The notes under the pieces were generated by a model. It was not told the DNA's origin and ran no database searches. It saw only the letters and a list, made by a program, of their open reading frames with translations. A stretch of 64,000 nucleotides of DNA from Felis catus (Eukaryota): assembly GCF_018350175.1 (NCBI RefSeq), contig NC_058368.1, positions 23,872,001 to 23,936,000 of the forward strand, given 5' to 3'. Each line of letters opens with the position of its first letter. Positions within the stretch are counted from its first letter, which is position 1. A program made the position numbers and the translations under genes. Below, piece after piece: positions 25,615 to 37,425 of this stretch.

Positions 25615-26071
25615 TGCTATTTTGGGTTGAACTGTGCCTGCCCCACCCCAAAAGAGATATGTTGAGATCTCAACCCCCAGTACCTCAGAACATAACTTAT
25701 TTGGAAATTGGGTCATTTGAGATGCAATTAGTTGAGGTCATACTAGAGTATGATGGGCTTTTTAGCCAATATGATAGGTATCTCTATAGGAAGAGGAGAG
25801 AGGCATAGAGGGAAAGACAATCATACGATGACAGAAAGAGAGATTGTGGCAATGCATATACAAGCCAAGGAACACCAAGGATTCCCAACAAAGGCCTGAA
25901 GCTAAAATAGGCAAGAAAGGATTTTCCCCTACAAATTGCAGAGGGAACATGGCCCTTCCAACATCTGATTCTGGACTTTGGGTCTCTAGAACTTTGAGAC
26001 AGTCAATTGCTGTTTTTTACAATCATTTAATTTTTTGGACTCTGTTACAGCAACATTTGGAAACTAATACA
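25615..26071 (+). mobile_element. MLT1 (B/C-like) 3' LTR
   Basis: TG start, CCCCCAGTACCTCAGAAC, CAAGCCAAGGAACACCAAGG, ends TGTTACAGCAACATTTGGAAACTAATACA. Confidence 0.9.
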
Positions 26072-27399
26072 CAATTCAGTCTGCTAAGCTTTTATTTTTT
26101 TCAAAAAAAATTGTGTTAAGACAACTAGATACTTACTTGCAAAAGAATAAAGTTGGACTTTACCTCACTCTGTCTATAAAATTGAACTCAAAACAGACCA
26201 TAGAAAACTACAAAACTCTTAGAAGAAAGCTTAAGTGTAAATCCTCATGACCTTAGATTAGATAATGGTTTCTTAGATATGGCACTAAAAAGCACAAGCA
26301 ACAATAAAAAATAAAATGAACATTGAATGCTAACAAAATTTCAAAATTAACATCTTTCTTCTTTCAAAGACACCTTTAACAGTGTAAAAAGACAATACAC
26401 AAAATGGAAGAAAATATATATAAATACTGTATTTGATAAGGAGCTTGTATTCAGTATCAACAGAGAACTTTTACTACTAAAAAAGAAACAAAGCAATTTA
26501 AAAAACAATAGATAGCATTTCTATAGAACAAAGCAATTTCACTCGTAAGTATATACACCAAAGGAACAGAAAACAGATGCCCACAAGGAAACTTGTACAT
26601 TGATGTTCACAGCAGTATTATCATAATAGTCACAAAAAAAAAGTAAGGAAAGGAAACAATCCAAATGTTATCAACAGATGAATGGCTCAACAAAATATGG
26701 TCTAGCCATAGAATGGATTACTTTTGGCAATAAAAAAACATAAAGTACTGATGTATGCTACAATATGAATCAACCTTGAAAATGTTATACTAAGAGAAAA
26801 ATAAAACAAAAACTAAAACATATTGTATGATTCCATTCATATAAAAAGTACAGAATAGGGAATTCCATAGAAAATACATGTAGACTGGTTTTTACCAGGG
26901 GCAAGGAATGAATGAATGCCAACTACTAATTAGTGTGAATTTCCCTTTGGAGGGTGATTAAAATGTTCTAAAATTAGATAATGGTGATGGTGCCACAGCT
27001 GCAAATACACTAAAACTGCTGAATTATATACTTTTAAAAGGTGAACTTTATGGTATATGGTCATATCACATTGTAGCCATTGTAAAAATATGCTGTAGTA
27101 GAATTTATGGGTCTGCTCTATGTTTTGAATATGGTTAGTAGGTGTAAATCACACTGTTTATTGGTTGAGCATAAAATAAAAGCATTTCTGGAGAAATAAA
27201 ACATGTTATTTCTTTGTCTTTTCTGGATATGTTTCCCATCTTGTGTCTGTGCTATAGCAGTGCTATTGAACATCAGTATTATTTAATAAATCAATTGATC
27301 AAATGTCACATAGTCAAAAGTTGAAAAAAAAACTAGTTAAGAAAACTCAGGAGGCAGTAACATGTTATGGGAAAGTTTCTAGAAAAAAATGTTACCCAG

Positions 27400-27580
27400 T
27401 CTGTGTCAGAGACCATGTAAATCTGAGGGTAGATCTTTTGAGCTTCAGTTCACTCATTTTTGTAGATCTAAAGGGTACCAAACTCACTGAGCTGTTGTTA
27501 GGATTTGGTAAGAAATTTGTGCAAAGTTCAGAGTGACTGCCACACATCAAGTGCTTAGTAAATGTGCCTTTTTGTTGTTG
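27400..27580 (+). mobile_element. MIR relic
   Basis: GAGCTTCAGTTCACTCATT...GCTGTTGTTAGGATT...AAGTGCTTAGTAAATG. Confidence 0.55.
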
Positions 27581-27719
27581 ATGTTGTTATTCTAAACTAG
27601 AAAATGCAAAAAAATACTTTAATATCAAACTACGGATGTCAACTATTCTGTCTCATTATCCCATGAAGCATGCAATTCCTGTCAAATTTAAAAGAGCTTC
27701 CAAGAAACCCTTAGAAAAA

Positions 27720-28035
27720 ACAGGGGAATTTTAGGGCAGTGAAATTATTATTCTGGGTGACACTGTACATTTGAGTAGATTCCTGTCATCATACATTTAA
27801 CCAAAATCACAAAATGTAGAGAATGAACTCTAATATAAACCATGGACTTTGGTGACAATGATGTGCCCATGTAGCATTATCAGTTGTAACAAATGTACCA
27901 CACTAGAGCAAGATGCTAAAAACAGGACAAATGGGTAAATAGGGAAGGGTAAGGGATTATTTGGGAACTCTCTGTACTTTTCATTCTATTCTATAAATTA
28001 AGACTGCTAAAAACTAGTCCATTAATTAAAAAAGA
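27720..28035 (+). mobile_element. L1MC-like 3' end fragment
   Basis: TTTTAGGGCAGTGAAA, GGACTTTGGTGACAATGATGTG, GTTGTAACAAATGTACCAC, GGGAACTCTCTGTACTTT. Confidence 0.85.
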
Positions 28036-28991
28036 AAAATATGTGAAATTAAATATAGTTTGGCCATATTGCCCCAGAAGACACAACATCGCGTCTTTTA
28101 TGCCAAAAATTCAATAGAGAATGTCATTTTAGCACAGTGTGTGTTGCTTAGTAAATGACATTAAGCAATCGATCAATCAGACATGCTCGGGTAGACAGCT
28201 GATTCACCCTGACAGCTGAAGGACAGGACAGTTTGTGTTAAGGACAGAAGTTTCTTTCTGCTACTAACCACAAATACAGAATTCAAACTTTGAACTTAAA
28301 TTTCTGAACCTCACTTCAGTGCCTAATGGTGATGCTTACAAGTAGTCTGGCAAAATAGTCTGTCTTGCATTTATACCCACTTAACTCTTCCTTCAAAAAG
28401 CATCATGTGCTTGTAGCATCCAGAGCCATGCCCATGTCATCCAAGAATTCTCCTCTTTTGCCTGAGCCTGGAGGTGATTTGAGATTAAGTGACTCTCAGA
28501 CACAATTATGATCACTAATGTGAACAACTTTTTTTTTGATGTTGAATCTATAGTTATCATTAGATGGTCCTAAATATTCATTAGTCACACCATTTGGTCT
28601 CAACAGCTTTGTTTTTTTTGCAAGTTGATTTTGTTTTCTAAATTAGATACAAAGGATTAAAACAAGATACCAATTCTTTTTTTGGTGATAACATGCTCGT
28701 GAGTGTCTCAAGTAAAAGCAAAACACAATGGGGGAAAAGTCAAGATTCAAGGGTGTTTGAGATGTCTAACACTGGAAGTCATAGCCCTGGACACAAGATA
28801 GGGACTCTATTGCTGATGCTCCAGTGAAACTAGCCTCCAAACTGACTGCTACTTTGAGTCATTTGCTCAATTTTCACAGACTCAAATCTCTGAAGGGAGT
28901 GTGTGATTTGCCAATCAAACTCCATTAGATTCCACAGTAGAGACAGCAGTGGAAGGTGACAATAAGAGGCTGGCACCAAGAACTACCCACA

Positions 28992-29182
28992 GAAGCACCT
29001 GGGTGATTCAGTTGGTTAAGTGACTGACTCTCGATTTTGACTCAGGTCATGATCTCACAGTTTGTGAGATCAAGCCCCATTTCCAGCTTTGTGCTGACAG
29101 CAGGAAGCCCACCTGAGATTCCTTCTCTCTCCATCTCTGTCCCCCCCACTCTAAATTTAAAAAAATAATAACTTAAAAAAAA
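28992..29182 (+). mobile_element. Can-SINE with TSD
   Basis: GCACCTGGGTGATTCAGTTGGTTAAG head; TSD AAGAACTACCCACA (28978-28991) / AAGAACTACCCCCA (29183-29196). Confidence 0.92.
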
Positions 29183-30269
29183 AAGAACTACCCCCATCTA
29201 AGACAACACACAATGGAGCATTCTCTTCAGAGGGAAATTGGCATGTTATTAGTAAAGAAGGGGTAGAAGTGAATGTCAAACACTCCTCTACACAAAATGA
29301 CAAATAGTTCCTATGAGTACCAGTAATGATACTAATAGTGATGTTAAGATTTTATAACTTTATAACATAACATAATCTCATCAGTCATCCCTCAAACCTA
29401 TGGGCTGCATATCACTATGTCCATTTCATTAAGTGAGGTAACAGATGATCCGGTAAGTTGTCTTTCCCACAGACATGTGGTCTTAATATGACTGAATCCA
29501 GACTCATACTATGCAAATAATGTACTCTCTTCACTAAATGCTTGCTACATAAATAAATGAAGGAATGATAACTTTCTTTATAGGTACATGCAAGCATATC
29601 AGCTCTTGGAAATAGGTTCACAAATGGAAGGATTATTTTAAAACATTTAGTCCAACAATGTTTCCCTAAAACTCAGAAAACATCCAAAATTGGAATTTAG
29701 GTTTACTGAAACTCAGGATCCTCTTCTTATCCCTATATCATATTGCCTTACCCAGGTTCCCTCCTTATACTCAACTGGGTATCACTGTTTTCATTGCATG
29801 AAAGGAAAGGAGAAGCATAATAAAGACCATGCTCTCTGGTAGTTCATGAACAGCTCACAAGTCAGCATTTCTTGTGCATCAAACCATCTTGAAGGACTTA
29901 CAGGATGTCTAAGAGACTGCTCAAGGAATCCAGGGTTCTTAAAGTTCCTGTCTGCTGTCGTTCTGGAATGCCCTCTCTCCCACATAGCTCCTTCCTCAGG
30001 AATCCTTATTATATATTCATGAAAACTACAATGGGGCAGTCACCAAAGGGTCCTTACCCAAAGCCTCTAGCCATCAGGCCAATATAGAGAAGAAAGTTCC
30101 TACTGAGACACATGTTAACAGGCTTTCTCTGTTGGCAGTGTGAGACATGTGTGCCCAATTGGAAAGAATTTTCCATATTTGCAAGCATCTAGGATGATTA
30201 GCTCTTTTCAACTAGTTGATTTATAGTTCAGTACAGGTAAGCCTTGGAGACCAGACTAGTATATAGTCA

Positions 30270-30930
30270 GTCGCCTCTGAATTGCAACTACCAGAGTACC
30301 CAACTAAAAATGGCTTATGTCCATTTCATTAAGAATCTTAAGAATTGATTATGCCTGTGGTGTGGTGGTAAATGTTTAACAATGGATTCTCCAGAGTACT
30401 CTAATTTGTACCATTTGCAGTTCCCAGGGTATAAATACTCCTGACATGGTTGATTTCATGTTACCAACACATTAATGCAGAACTGGGAAGAGATACACAC
30501 ATTTGGTGTCAACCAGGAATACTGACTCCAGTTGATTACATGACAAGAAATCCACTGTGGAGGATTCTGGAATTACAACTCAGTGGTCGAACGATAATCA
30601 AGGACCTGGCTCTCTGTATTTTCCACTTCTGCCATCCTTAGCAATAAGGGCTCTTAATCTCAGGCTCAACAATTCACAATTCCAAGATGGCTACCTCTAC
30701 CCAGACAGCATGTTTTTGAACGACTGCAAGTAAAGGCAGGGAGAGAGGTTTCCCTTCCAGTCCTTTTTTTTTCTTTTTTTAGTCAGAGTGGAAACCTCTT
30801 CCAGAAGTGCCTCAGCCTATTCAGTGCCTTACAGAAGTGCCTAGAAATGAGTCAAAAGCCACTCCATAACCTTAGGGGAGGCTGTAAAATGGTTTATTTG
30901 CACATTAAGCCCCTATAGTGGGAATGGGTC
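30270..30930 (-). mobile_element. Old MLT1-like LTR interrupted by a MER63-like element
   Basis: CAACTAAAAATGGCTTA, TCAAGGACCTGGCTCTCT...TCTGCCATCCTTAGC, CAAGATGGCT; recalled motifs. Confidence 0.6.
30355..30540. mobile_element. MER63A-like hAT (Blackjack) DNA transposon
   Basis: GTGGTGTGGTGGTAAATGTTTAACAA terminus, TAAATACTCC...CATGG..GATTTCA, GGGAAGAGAT. Confidence 0.7.
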
Positions 30931-31592
30931 CCAACGATCATAGAATAAACAAACTAACTCAGGAAAGGCAAAGGGGGTAAGGTCTATCAATCTGACAACA
31001 AACCGGTCCGCCACAACTGAGAAGTTTATGCATCATTACAGTTCTTATTTGAAATGCATCATAAAGGTTTTATTTGAAAATGAATTATCTAATTTAGAAG
31101 ACAAATCAAGTACAAATTACATCTTATCTGTGTCTTTGACTGCATTTGGAAGGGGGACACATGCACTGACAGATGAAGCCTTCTTTTTCTTTTTTTTTTT
31201 TTGGCACCTGATTTTTATTAGTAATTAATATCAAGTACATTATTTATTATTCTTTAAAGATATGCTCCTAACAGCCAGCCAGCCATCTCCTCTTTCTCAT
31301 AGGGAACAATTAACAGTTTCTTCTGTCAGAATTTGCTGGTTTCATAAGTCATTAGGATTTTTGATAATTTTCTATAGCTATTAAAATAGACTTCTTATAA
31401 CCTCTGATTATAATCAGAAACTGGAAATACCTGCTTTTCTAGGGGGTAGCCATGTGACCACTACTAGGTACTAACACTATCGGTTAAATCTCCCCTAATA
31501 TCTACTATTTGACACCACCCCTACCCGCCACCCGCCCCCAACCGGCTCTCATAACATAGCTACCTGGAAACTCTAGACCAAGTGACCTGAAT

Positions 31593-31787
31593 GAGTGTGT
31601 GGTAGTGTAGACAGAACTTTGCACAAATGCCTAGAAACCCCAGCTCTAGCTCTACTCCAGCCACCAATTAGCTGTGTGGCCTTGGGCAGCTCACTTAATT
31701 TTTGTAATCTTGGCTTATTTTCTCTGAACAGAGGGAATTTTAGGAAATAAACCCTAAATCCCTTCCAGATCAAAAGTGCTATGGTTT
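31593..31787 (+). mobile_element. MIR (MIR3/MIRc-like)
   Basis: CCACCAATTAGCTGTGTGGCCTTGGGCAGCTCACTTAA core; CTAAATCCCTTCCAGATCAAAAGTGCTATG end. Confidence 0.7.
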
Positions 31788-34162
31788 AAATTATTAATAA
31801 TGCCAAAATAAAATTCTCTAGGTAACTTGGGCAAGCTAATTAACTTGCTGGCCTTGGTTTCTTTGTTTCTTTCTTTTTTTTATTTTTTTTTATTTTTTTT
31901 GGTCTTGATGTCTTTATTCACAAATATGCCTCTACAGTGAGGTGTATTAGTACCCACCTGTAGGGATAAATTACATTTAAGAGTGAAATGAAAAAAAAGC
32001 ATGCACTTAGCAAAAAAACAATCTCAAGTTAATAAAATATAAACCCATTGTACTGATGATGGGTACAGGCAGCCATCTATCTCCAAAGATAGGTCTAAGC
32101 CAGTAATCAGGTGAAGCAAAATGAAATCAGGCAGATCTAATTTTTATAAATCTATATCCAAGAGATAATATACTTCACTATTAAAGGGAAGGGTCCATAA
32201 AGTTTTAGTAAAAACAAAAAACAGACGTAATTTATGCATATAAGATAGTTACTTCATTGCAACTTCAATTGACAAATGGACTTTTGTAAAAGCGCAGGTA
32301 AACATTAAGACTTTTGGAACTCAGAAATTGTTATACATGGGATTGATTTCCACTGGACAAACCACAAAATGTTTTTTTTTTTAGCCACCATATACAGATA
32401 GGAGAGTCTGGCACTTCTGAACAGAGGTAAGGGTGACAGAGACAAGACTAAAGGTAGCTGGCATGGAAGTCAAGCTTTGTTGCTAGAGCAGGAATGAAAT
32501 CAGGAACATTGCAGACAAAGGCAGAGTCTTGATTTTTTATTAGTACTCCTCTTTCTAAATCATTGTGCGTTGTTATAACCAGTTTTCTGGTTCTGTGCCA
32601 AAACCTGTACCAACCTAAGGATCCCCTTCCATCCCTATCCCTTACGTCAAGCCTGAGTTGCCAGCTCTTCCTGGCTGTATCTTCTGTCCTGGCCCTAATC
32701 AATCATTCACTGCAGGGAGCACTTCCAAGATTCTGTTCCATCTTTCTGCATCAGCTTTAAGAAAGGAAAAAGAAGTCTGCATGCAACCTATCATACTTGT
32801 CCGCAATAGGAGGTGACTTGTTTCCTTCTTCCCTCTGTTTCTATTCTGTGCCTGCTGTGCAGCAAGGCCCTGCTGAAAACAGAATTCCCTTGAGAGATTA
32901 AGAAGAGGGATCTATGTGGTTGTCAAGAGGACTGGAAATTCTTCAGTTGGTGATAAAACCCACTGGAAAAAAACATGGCAAAAAAGAGAACTGTGACTAT
33001 AAATTGACATTCTTTCATGGCAGCCTGTCAGGGTGTAGACATATACAATGTTTCTGTTCATTCTTAGTCTCCTGTAAGAATCAAACATTCAAACAATACC
33101 AAGGGTGGGCATATTTAGCAACTGAACGCTATGGTAGACATAAGTAGAAAATCCTTTGTTTCATTTGGTTTTTAATTTCAACACTTGTTTTGGAAAAACA
33201 TCCATTAATTTATTAGTTGACTTTCCTTAGTGGGTAGAGTGTAAAAAGAGAAGTGAATATTCTTTGTTTATTGGAGAACTTGCTAGTTCCCGGGTTTTTC
33301 TAACCTTCACGTGTTATCCCTCTCTATACTCAATCTTAGAAATGCAGAGAAGACTGTATACAATCTTCGTTACTCCTAGAATTTCCCCAGAATACCTTCT
33401 TAAATCTCTCCTGTGAGATTTCTCTGCAAGAGAAGTGCACAAGGTATTCCAACGAATCAATTTTTTACTGTATAATTGGACTTCTCCACACTGCAAATAA
33501 TGGTACGTGATGTAAGGAATACAACTGAACAGACCTTATAGCTCCTTCTCCAAACCACTGTGGTGGTGACTAAACAGAACATTTGAGTAAAATTTTCTCT
33601 TCTGTTTTAGCACCAAATCAATATAGTGTAATTCTAGAGCACATTTGCTTTTTAGACTTGTCTCCACGCTTCTGGAAAGTCTCTCTTCTGATTTAGGATT
33701 GGCAAATAAAATTCAAGGTGATGTGTGCCATTGCTATCCAATTAAAGTCACCCGGAGAAAGCAGAATCTACTCCTGGGTATCTTATTTTAGTGTCTGCCA
33801 ACTACAAACAACTTAGAAATGTTACCACTCAGTGGAGACATTTAATTTATAACTTCCTGTTTTTGATGGTAGTGTTTGTGCTGCTTTTACAATCCAAACA
33901 CCTAAAATGACAAGCTGATGAGTCAGAACTTAAAACTGAAACTGAATGAGTTTAGGTACTATTTGTCCTTCCCCTCTTTCTGGCCATTACTCTGCTCCCA
34001 TCACTTCCTACTTGAGCCAGGCTCATTTTCATCCTGGTGGTTCTCCATTTAGTCATTGTGTGACAGCACCAGCTACCTCTCACTGCTTCCTACTCCCCAT
34101 CCCTGTCCCTTATAGACTGCACCAGCCAAGGAGTTTCCTCAGATTTCTTGTTGGTTTTAAAA

Positions 34163-36385
34163 CCATTTTATTGAGGTATGATTGACATGTTTTTAAAAAG
34201 CTGTAGAGGGGCGCCTGGGTGGCGCGGTCGGTTAGGCGTCCGACTTCAGCCAGGTCACGATCTCCTGGTCCATGAGTTCGAGCCCCGCGTCGGGCTCTGG
34301 GCTGATGGCTCAGAGCCTGGAGCCTGTTTCCGATTCTGTGTCTCCCTCTCTCTCTGCCCCTCCCCCGTTCATGCTCTGTCTCTCTCTGTCCCAAAAATAA
34401 AATAAAAAAAAGTTGAAAAAAAAACATAAAAAAAAAGCTGTAGATATTTAACTTATAAAACTCAATGTGTTTGGAGAGAATACATCTGTGACCATCACAC
34501 ATTTTGTGTGTGTGCTAACAGTCACCATAGGATCTATCCTCTTTGCAAATTTTAACTATATACCATTATTAGCTATAAGCACTGTGTTGAACAGATCTCC
34601 AGAATTTATTTATCTTATATAACTATACCCTCTAATCATCACCTCCCCCCATTAAACTATCCCCCATTCCCTGGTAATCACCACTTTGCTGTTTCTAGGA
34701 GCTGGAGTATTTTAGATTTCACATGTAAGTGACTTCATACAGTATTTGTCTTTCTGCATATGGTTTACTCATTTAGCATACTCTCCAGGTGCATTCATGT
34801 TGCCATAAATGGCAGATTTCATTCTTTTTAAAATTGATTAATATTCTGTTTATATACCATCTTTTTTTTTTATCCATGTATCTGTTGATGGGGATTTAGG
34901 TTGTTTCAACATCTCAGCTATTGCAAACAAGGCTGCAATGAACAGGATAGTGCAAATATCTCTTCAAGATCTTAATTTCGATTCTTTGGTGTAAATACCC
35001 AGAATTAGTATTGGTGAATCATATGGTAGTTCTATTTTTAAAATCTTAAGGATCTCTCATACTGCTTTTCATAATGGCTGTATTGATTTATACTCCCATC
35101 AACAGTATACCAGGATTCCCTTTTCTGACATCCTCACCAACACTTAAAAAAAAATAGCCATCCAAACAGGTGTAGGTGATATGTCATTTTGATACGCATT
35201 TCCCTTATAATTGGTGACTTTGTTCACCTTTTCATATACCTGTTGGCGATCTGTAGGTCTTTTTTGGAAAAATGTCTATCAAGTGTCTATTTTTTGAGTT
35301 ATTATTATTTATTTTTTGCTATCAGATACATGGTTTGCAAATATTTCCTCCAATTCCATAGGTTTCCTTTTCATTTCATTGTTTCCTTTACCATGCAAAA
35401 GCTTCTTAGTTTGATGTATTGCCACCTGTTTATTTTTGCTTTTGTGCCCTGTACATTTGGTGTCATATCCAAAAATTTATTGCCAAGGCCAATGTCAAGA
35501 GTTTCTCCCTATGTTCTTTTACAGAATTTTCATCGTTTCAGGTCTTAGTTTTTTAATCCATTTTGAGTTGGCTTTTGTGTGTAATGTAAGAAAAGGGTCC
35601 AATTTCATTCTCTGGCATATAGATAACCAGTTTTCCAAAAACTGTTCAAGAGTAGTATACTTTCCATTGTGTATTCTTGACACTGTTCTTGAAGACTGTA
35701 TGTATGAGTTTATTTCTGCACTCTCTATTCTGTTCTAGTGGTCTATGTTTTTCTACCATTTCCATATTGTTTTGATTAGTATAGCTTTGCAATATAGTTT
35801 AAAATCAGGACGTTTGATACCTCCAGCTTTGTTGTTCTTTCTCAAACTTACTTTAGCTCTTCACGATCCTTTGTGTTTCTATATGAATTTTATGATTTTT
35901 TTCTACGTCTATGAAAAATGCCATTGGTGATTTGATAGGGACAACACTGAATTTATATCAAATCACTTTGAGTAGTATGTACATTTTAACAATATTAATA
36001 TTTCCAATTCATGAATATATGGTATCTTTCCGTTTATTGTTTTCCTTAACTTCCTTTAATAATGTTTTATAGTTTTTAATGTATAGATCTTTCCATTCTG
36101 GGTCAAAGTTATTTTTAAGCATCTTTTTGCAGATGCTATTACAAACAAAATTGTTTTCTCAATTTCTTTTTTGGATAGTTTGTTGTTAGTGTATAGGAAT
36201 ACAACTAATGTATGTTTGTTTTGTATCACTAAATTTTATTGAATTCATTTATTAGTTCTAACAGTTTCTTGGTAGAGCCTTTAAGTTTTTCTGCATATAA
36301 AATCATATCATCTGCAAACAGATAATTTTACCTCTTTTCCACTTTGGATGCATTTCTTTGTCTTCCCTAACTGCTAAGGCTCAGC
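34163..36385 (-). mobile_element. L1MA-like (MA9/10-type) 3' portion: ORF2 C-terminus and 3'UTR
   Basis: TTTATTGAGGTATGATTGAC terminus, AGATCTCCAGAATTTATT, ATCATATCATCTGCAAACAG (reverse of the FADD motif), CCTCCAGCTTTGTTGTTCTTTCTCAA. Confidence 0.88.
34208..34431 (+). mobile_element. Young SINEC_Fc-type Can-SINE, CpG-rich
   Basis: Near-consensus GGGGCGCCTGGGTGGCGCGGTCGG...CCAGGTCACGATCTC; perfect TSD AAAAAGCTGTAGA at 34195-34207 and 34432-34444, after a TTTT/AAAA site. Confidence 0.97.
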
Positions 36386-36434
36386 TGTATTCTTAACCTC
36401 CTAAAATGTTAAAGCTGAAGAGGCCAGACTTGAC

Positions 36435-36436
<2 letters not shown>

Positions 36437-36473
<37 letters not shown>

Positions 36474-36498
36474 GTGTGTGTGCACGCGCGCGCGTGCA
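36437..36498. repeat. (TG)n microsatellite ending in a (CG)n palindrome
   Basis: Continuous purine-pyrimidine alternation; TGCACGCGCGCGCGTGCA (36481-36498) is a perfect 18-bp palindrome. Confidence 0.95.
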
Positions 36499-36539
36499 GG
36501 AAAGTGGGAGATGAAGAGAAAGGAGAAAGGGGGAATATT

Positions 36540-36740
36540 TACATACTAAACTGAACATTTTCTAGGTACCCAGGTGCGAAGTAAGTACTTTATCTGTATT
36601 GTTTTTTTTAATCCTTACACTATTTACGTTTTACAGATAAGGAAACAAAAGCTTTGAAATCTTGTGTAATTTGCCTCAAGAGCTATAAAGTATGAGCTCA
36701 TATTCAAATCCAGTGCTCTTATATCTAAAGCATATTTCCT
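36540..36740 (-). mobile_element. MIR relic
   Basis: TTTTACAGATAAGGAAAC...TAATTTGCC...ATTCAAATCCAG. Confidence 0.65.
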
Positions 36741-37002
36741 TGATTATTCTATGAAACTACTCAGGAAGTGGAACTACTGAAACTAAGGTCCAGTGTGTGT
36801 AACATCCAGTCTAGACTAGCTAAAGACCACACAATGGACTTAACCTAATTGAAGGTTTGCATTCAGAGACACGTGAAAGTTACTTTCCAAACTCTCCCTA
36901 TAACTCTGACATATCTCCTCAAGCCTACTAAGCCAGAAAATACCACAAAGTTTTATTTCTTTGGGTAAAGTCCTCTTGTTGCCTGCTGAAATGAAAATTC
37001 CT

Positions 37003-37193
37003 GGGGCTCCTGGGTGGCTTAATCAGTTAGGCATCCAACTTCGGCTCAGGTCATGATCACACGGTTCATGAGTTCGAGCCCCCTGTTAGGCTGTGTGCTG
37101 ACAGTTCAGAGCCTGGAGCCTTTTTCAGATTCTCTCCCTCTCTCTCTGCCCCTCCCCCTCTCACACTATGTCTCTTTCTCAAAAATAAACATT
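37003..37193 (+). mobile_element. Can-SINE 1, outermost in the nest; rest of its tail lies at 45023-45033
   Basis: GGGGCTCCTGGGTGGCTTAATCAG head; TSD GAAAATTCCT at 36993-37002 and 45034-45043. Confidence 0.92.
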
Positions 37194-37399
37194 GGGGTGC
37201 CTGAGTGGCTCAGTCGGTTAAGTGTCCAACTTCAGCTCAGCTCATGATCTCATGGTACATGAGTTTGAGCCCCACATAGGGCTCTGTGCTGACAGCTCAG
37301 AGCCTGGAGCCTACTTCCACTTCTGTGTTTCCCTCTGTCTCTGTTCCTACCCTGCTCACACTCTGTCTCTGTCTCTTGGGAAAAAAAAAAGAAAAAAGA
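37194..37399 (+). mobile_element. Can-SINE 2 inserted in the tail of SINE 1
   Basis: GGGGTGCCTGAGTGGCTCAGTCGG head; TSD AAAAATAAACATT at 37181-37193 and 45010-45022. Confidence 0.92.
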
Positions 37400-37404
37400 G
37401 CTCA

Positions 37405-37425
37405 GAGGAGCCAAGATGGCAGAAC
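37405..37425 (+). promoter_or_regulatory. YY1-type motif at the start of the L1 internal promoter
   Basis: CCAAGATGGC at 37411-37420, the position typical of mammalian L1 5' ends. Confidence 0.6.

Larger units (their letters stand above)
20310..27090 (+). mobile_element. Fragmented ancient L1 (L1MB/L1MC-like): 5'UTR 20310-21357, ORF1 part 23810-24435, 3' part 26100-27090; hosts later insertions
   Basis: GAAATTAACCAAAAACTTAC...GTGTTTATTCAAGA 5' motif; ORF1 AAATGAACCAGTAGAAATT; 3' end ACTTTTAAAAGGTGAACTTTATGGTAT. That the pieces are one element is inferred from their order and orientation. Confidence 0.7.

Noticed and set aside
33340..33502. Plus-strand AG...GT-bounded open frame KCREDCIQSSLLLEFP...
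   Set aside because: Splice signals are only moderate, the peptide is unrecognised and the strand is opposite to that suggested by the repeat bias; insufficient support.
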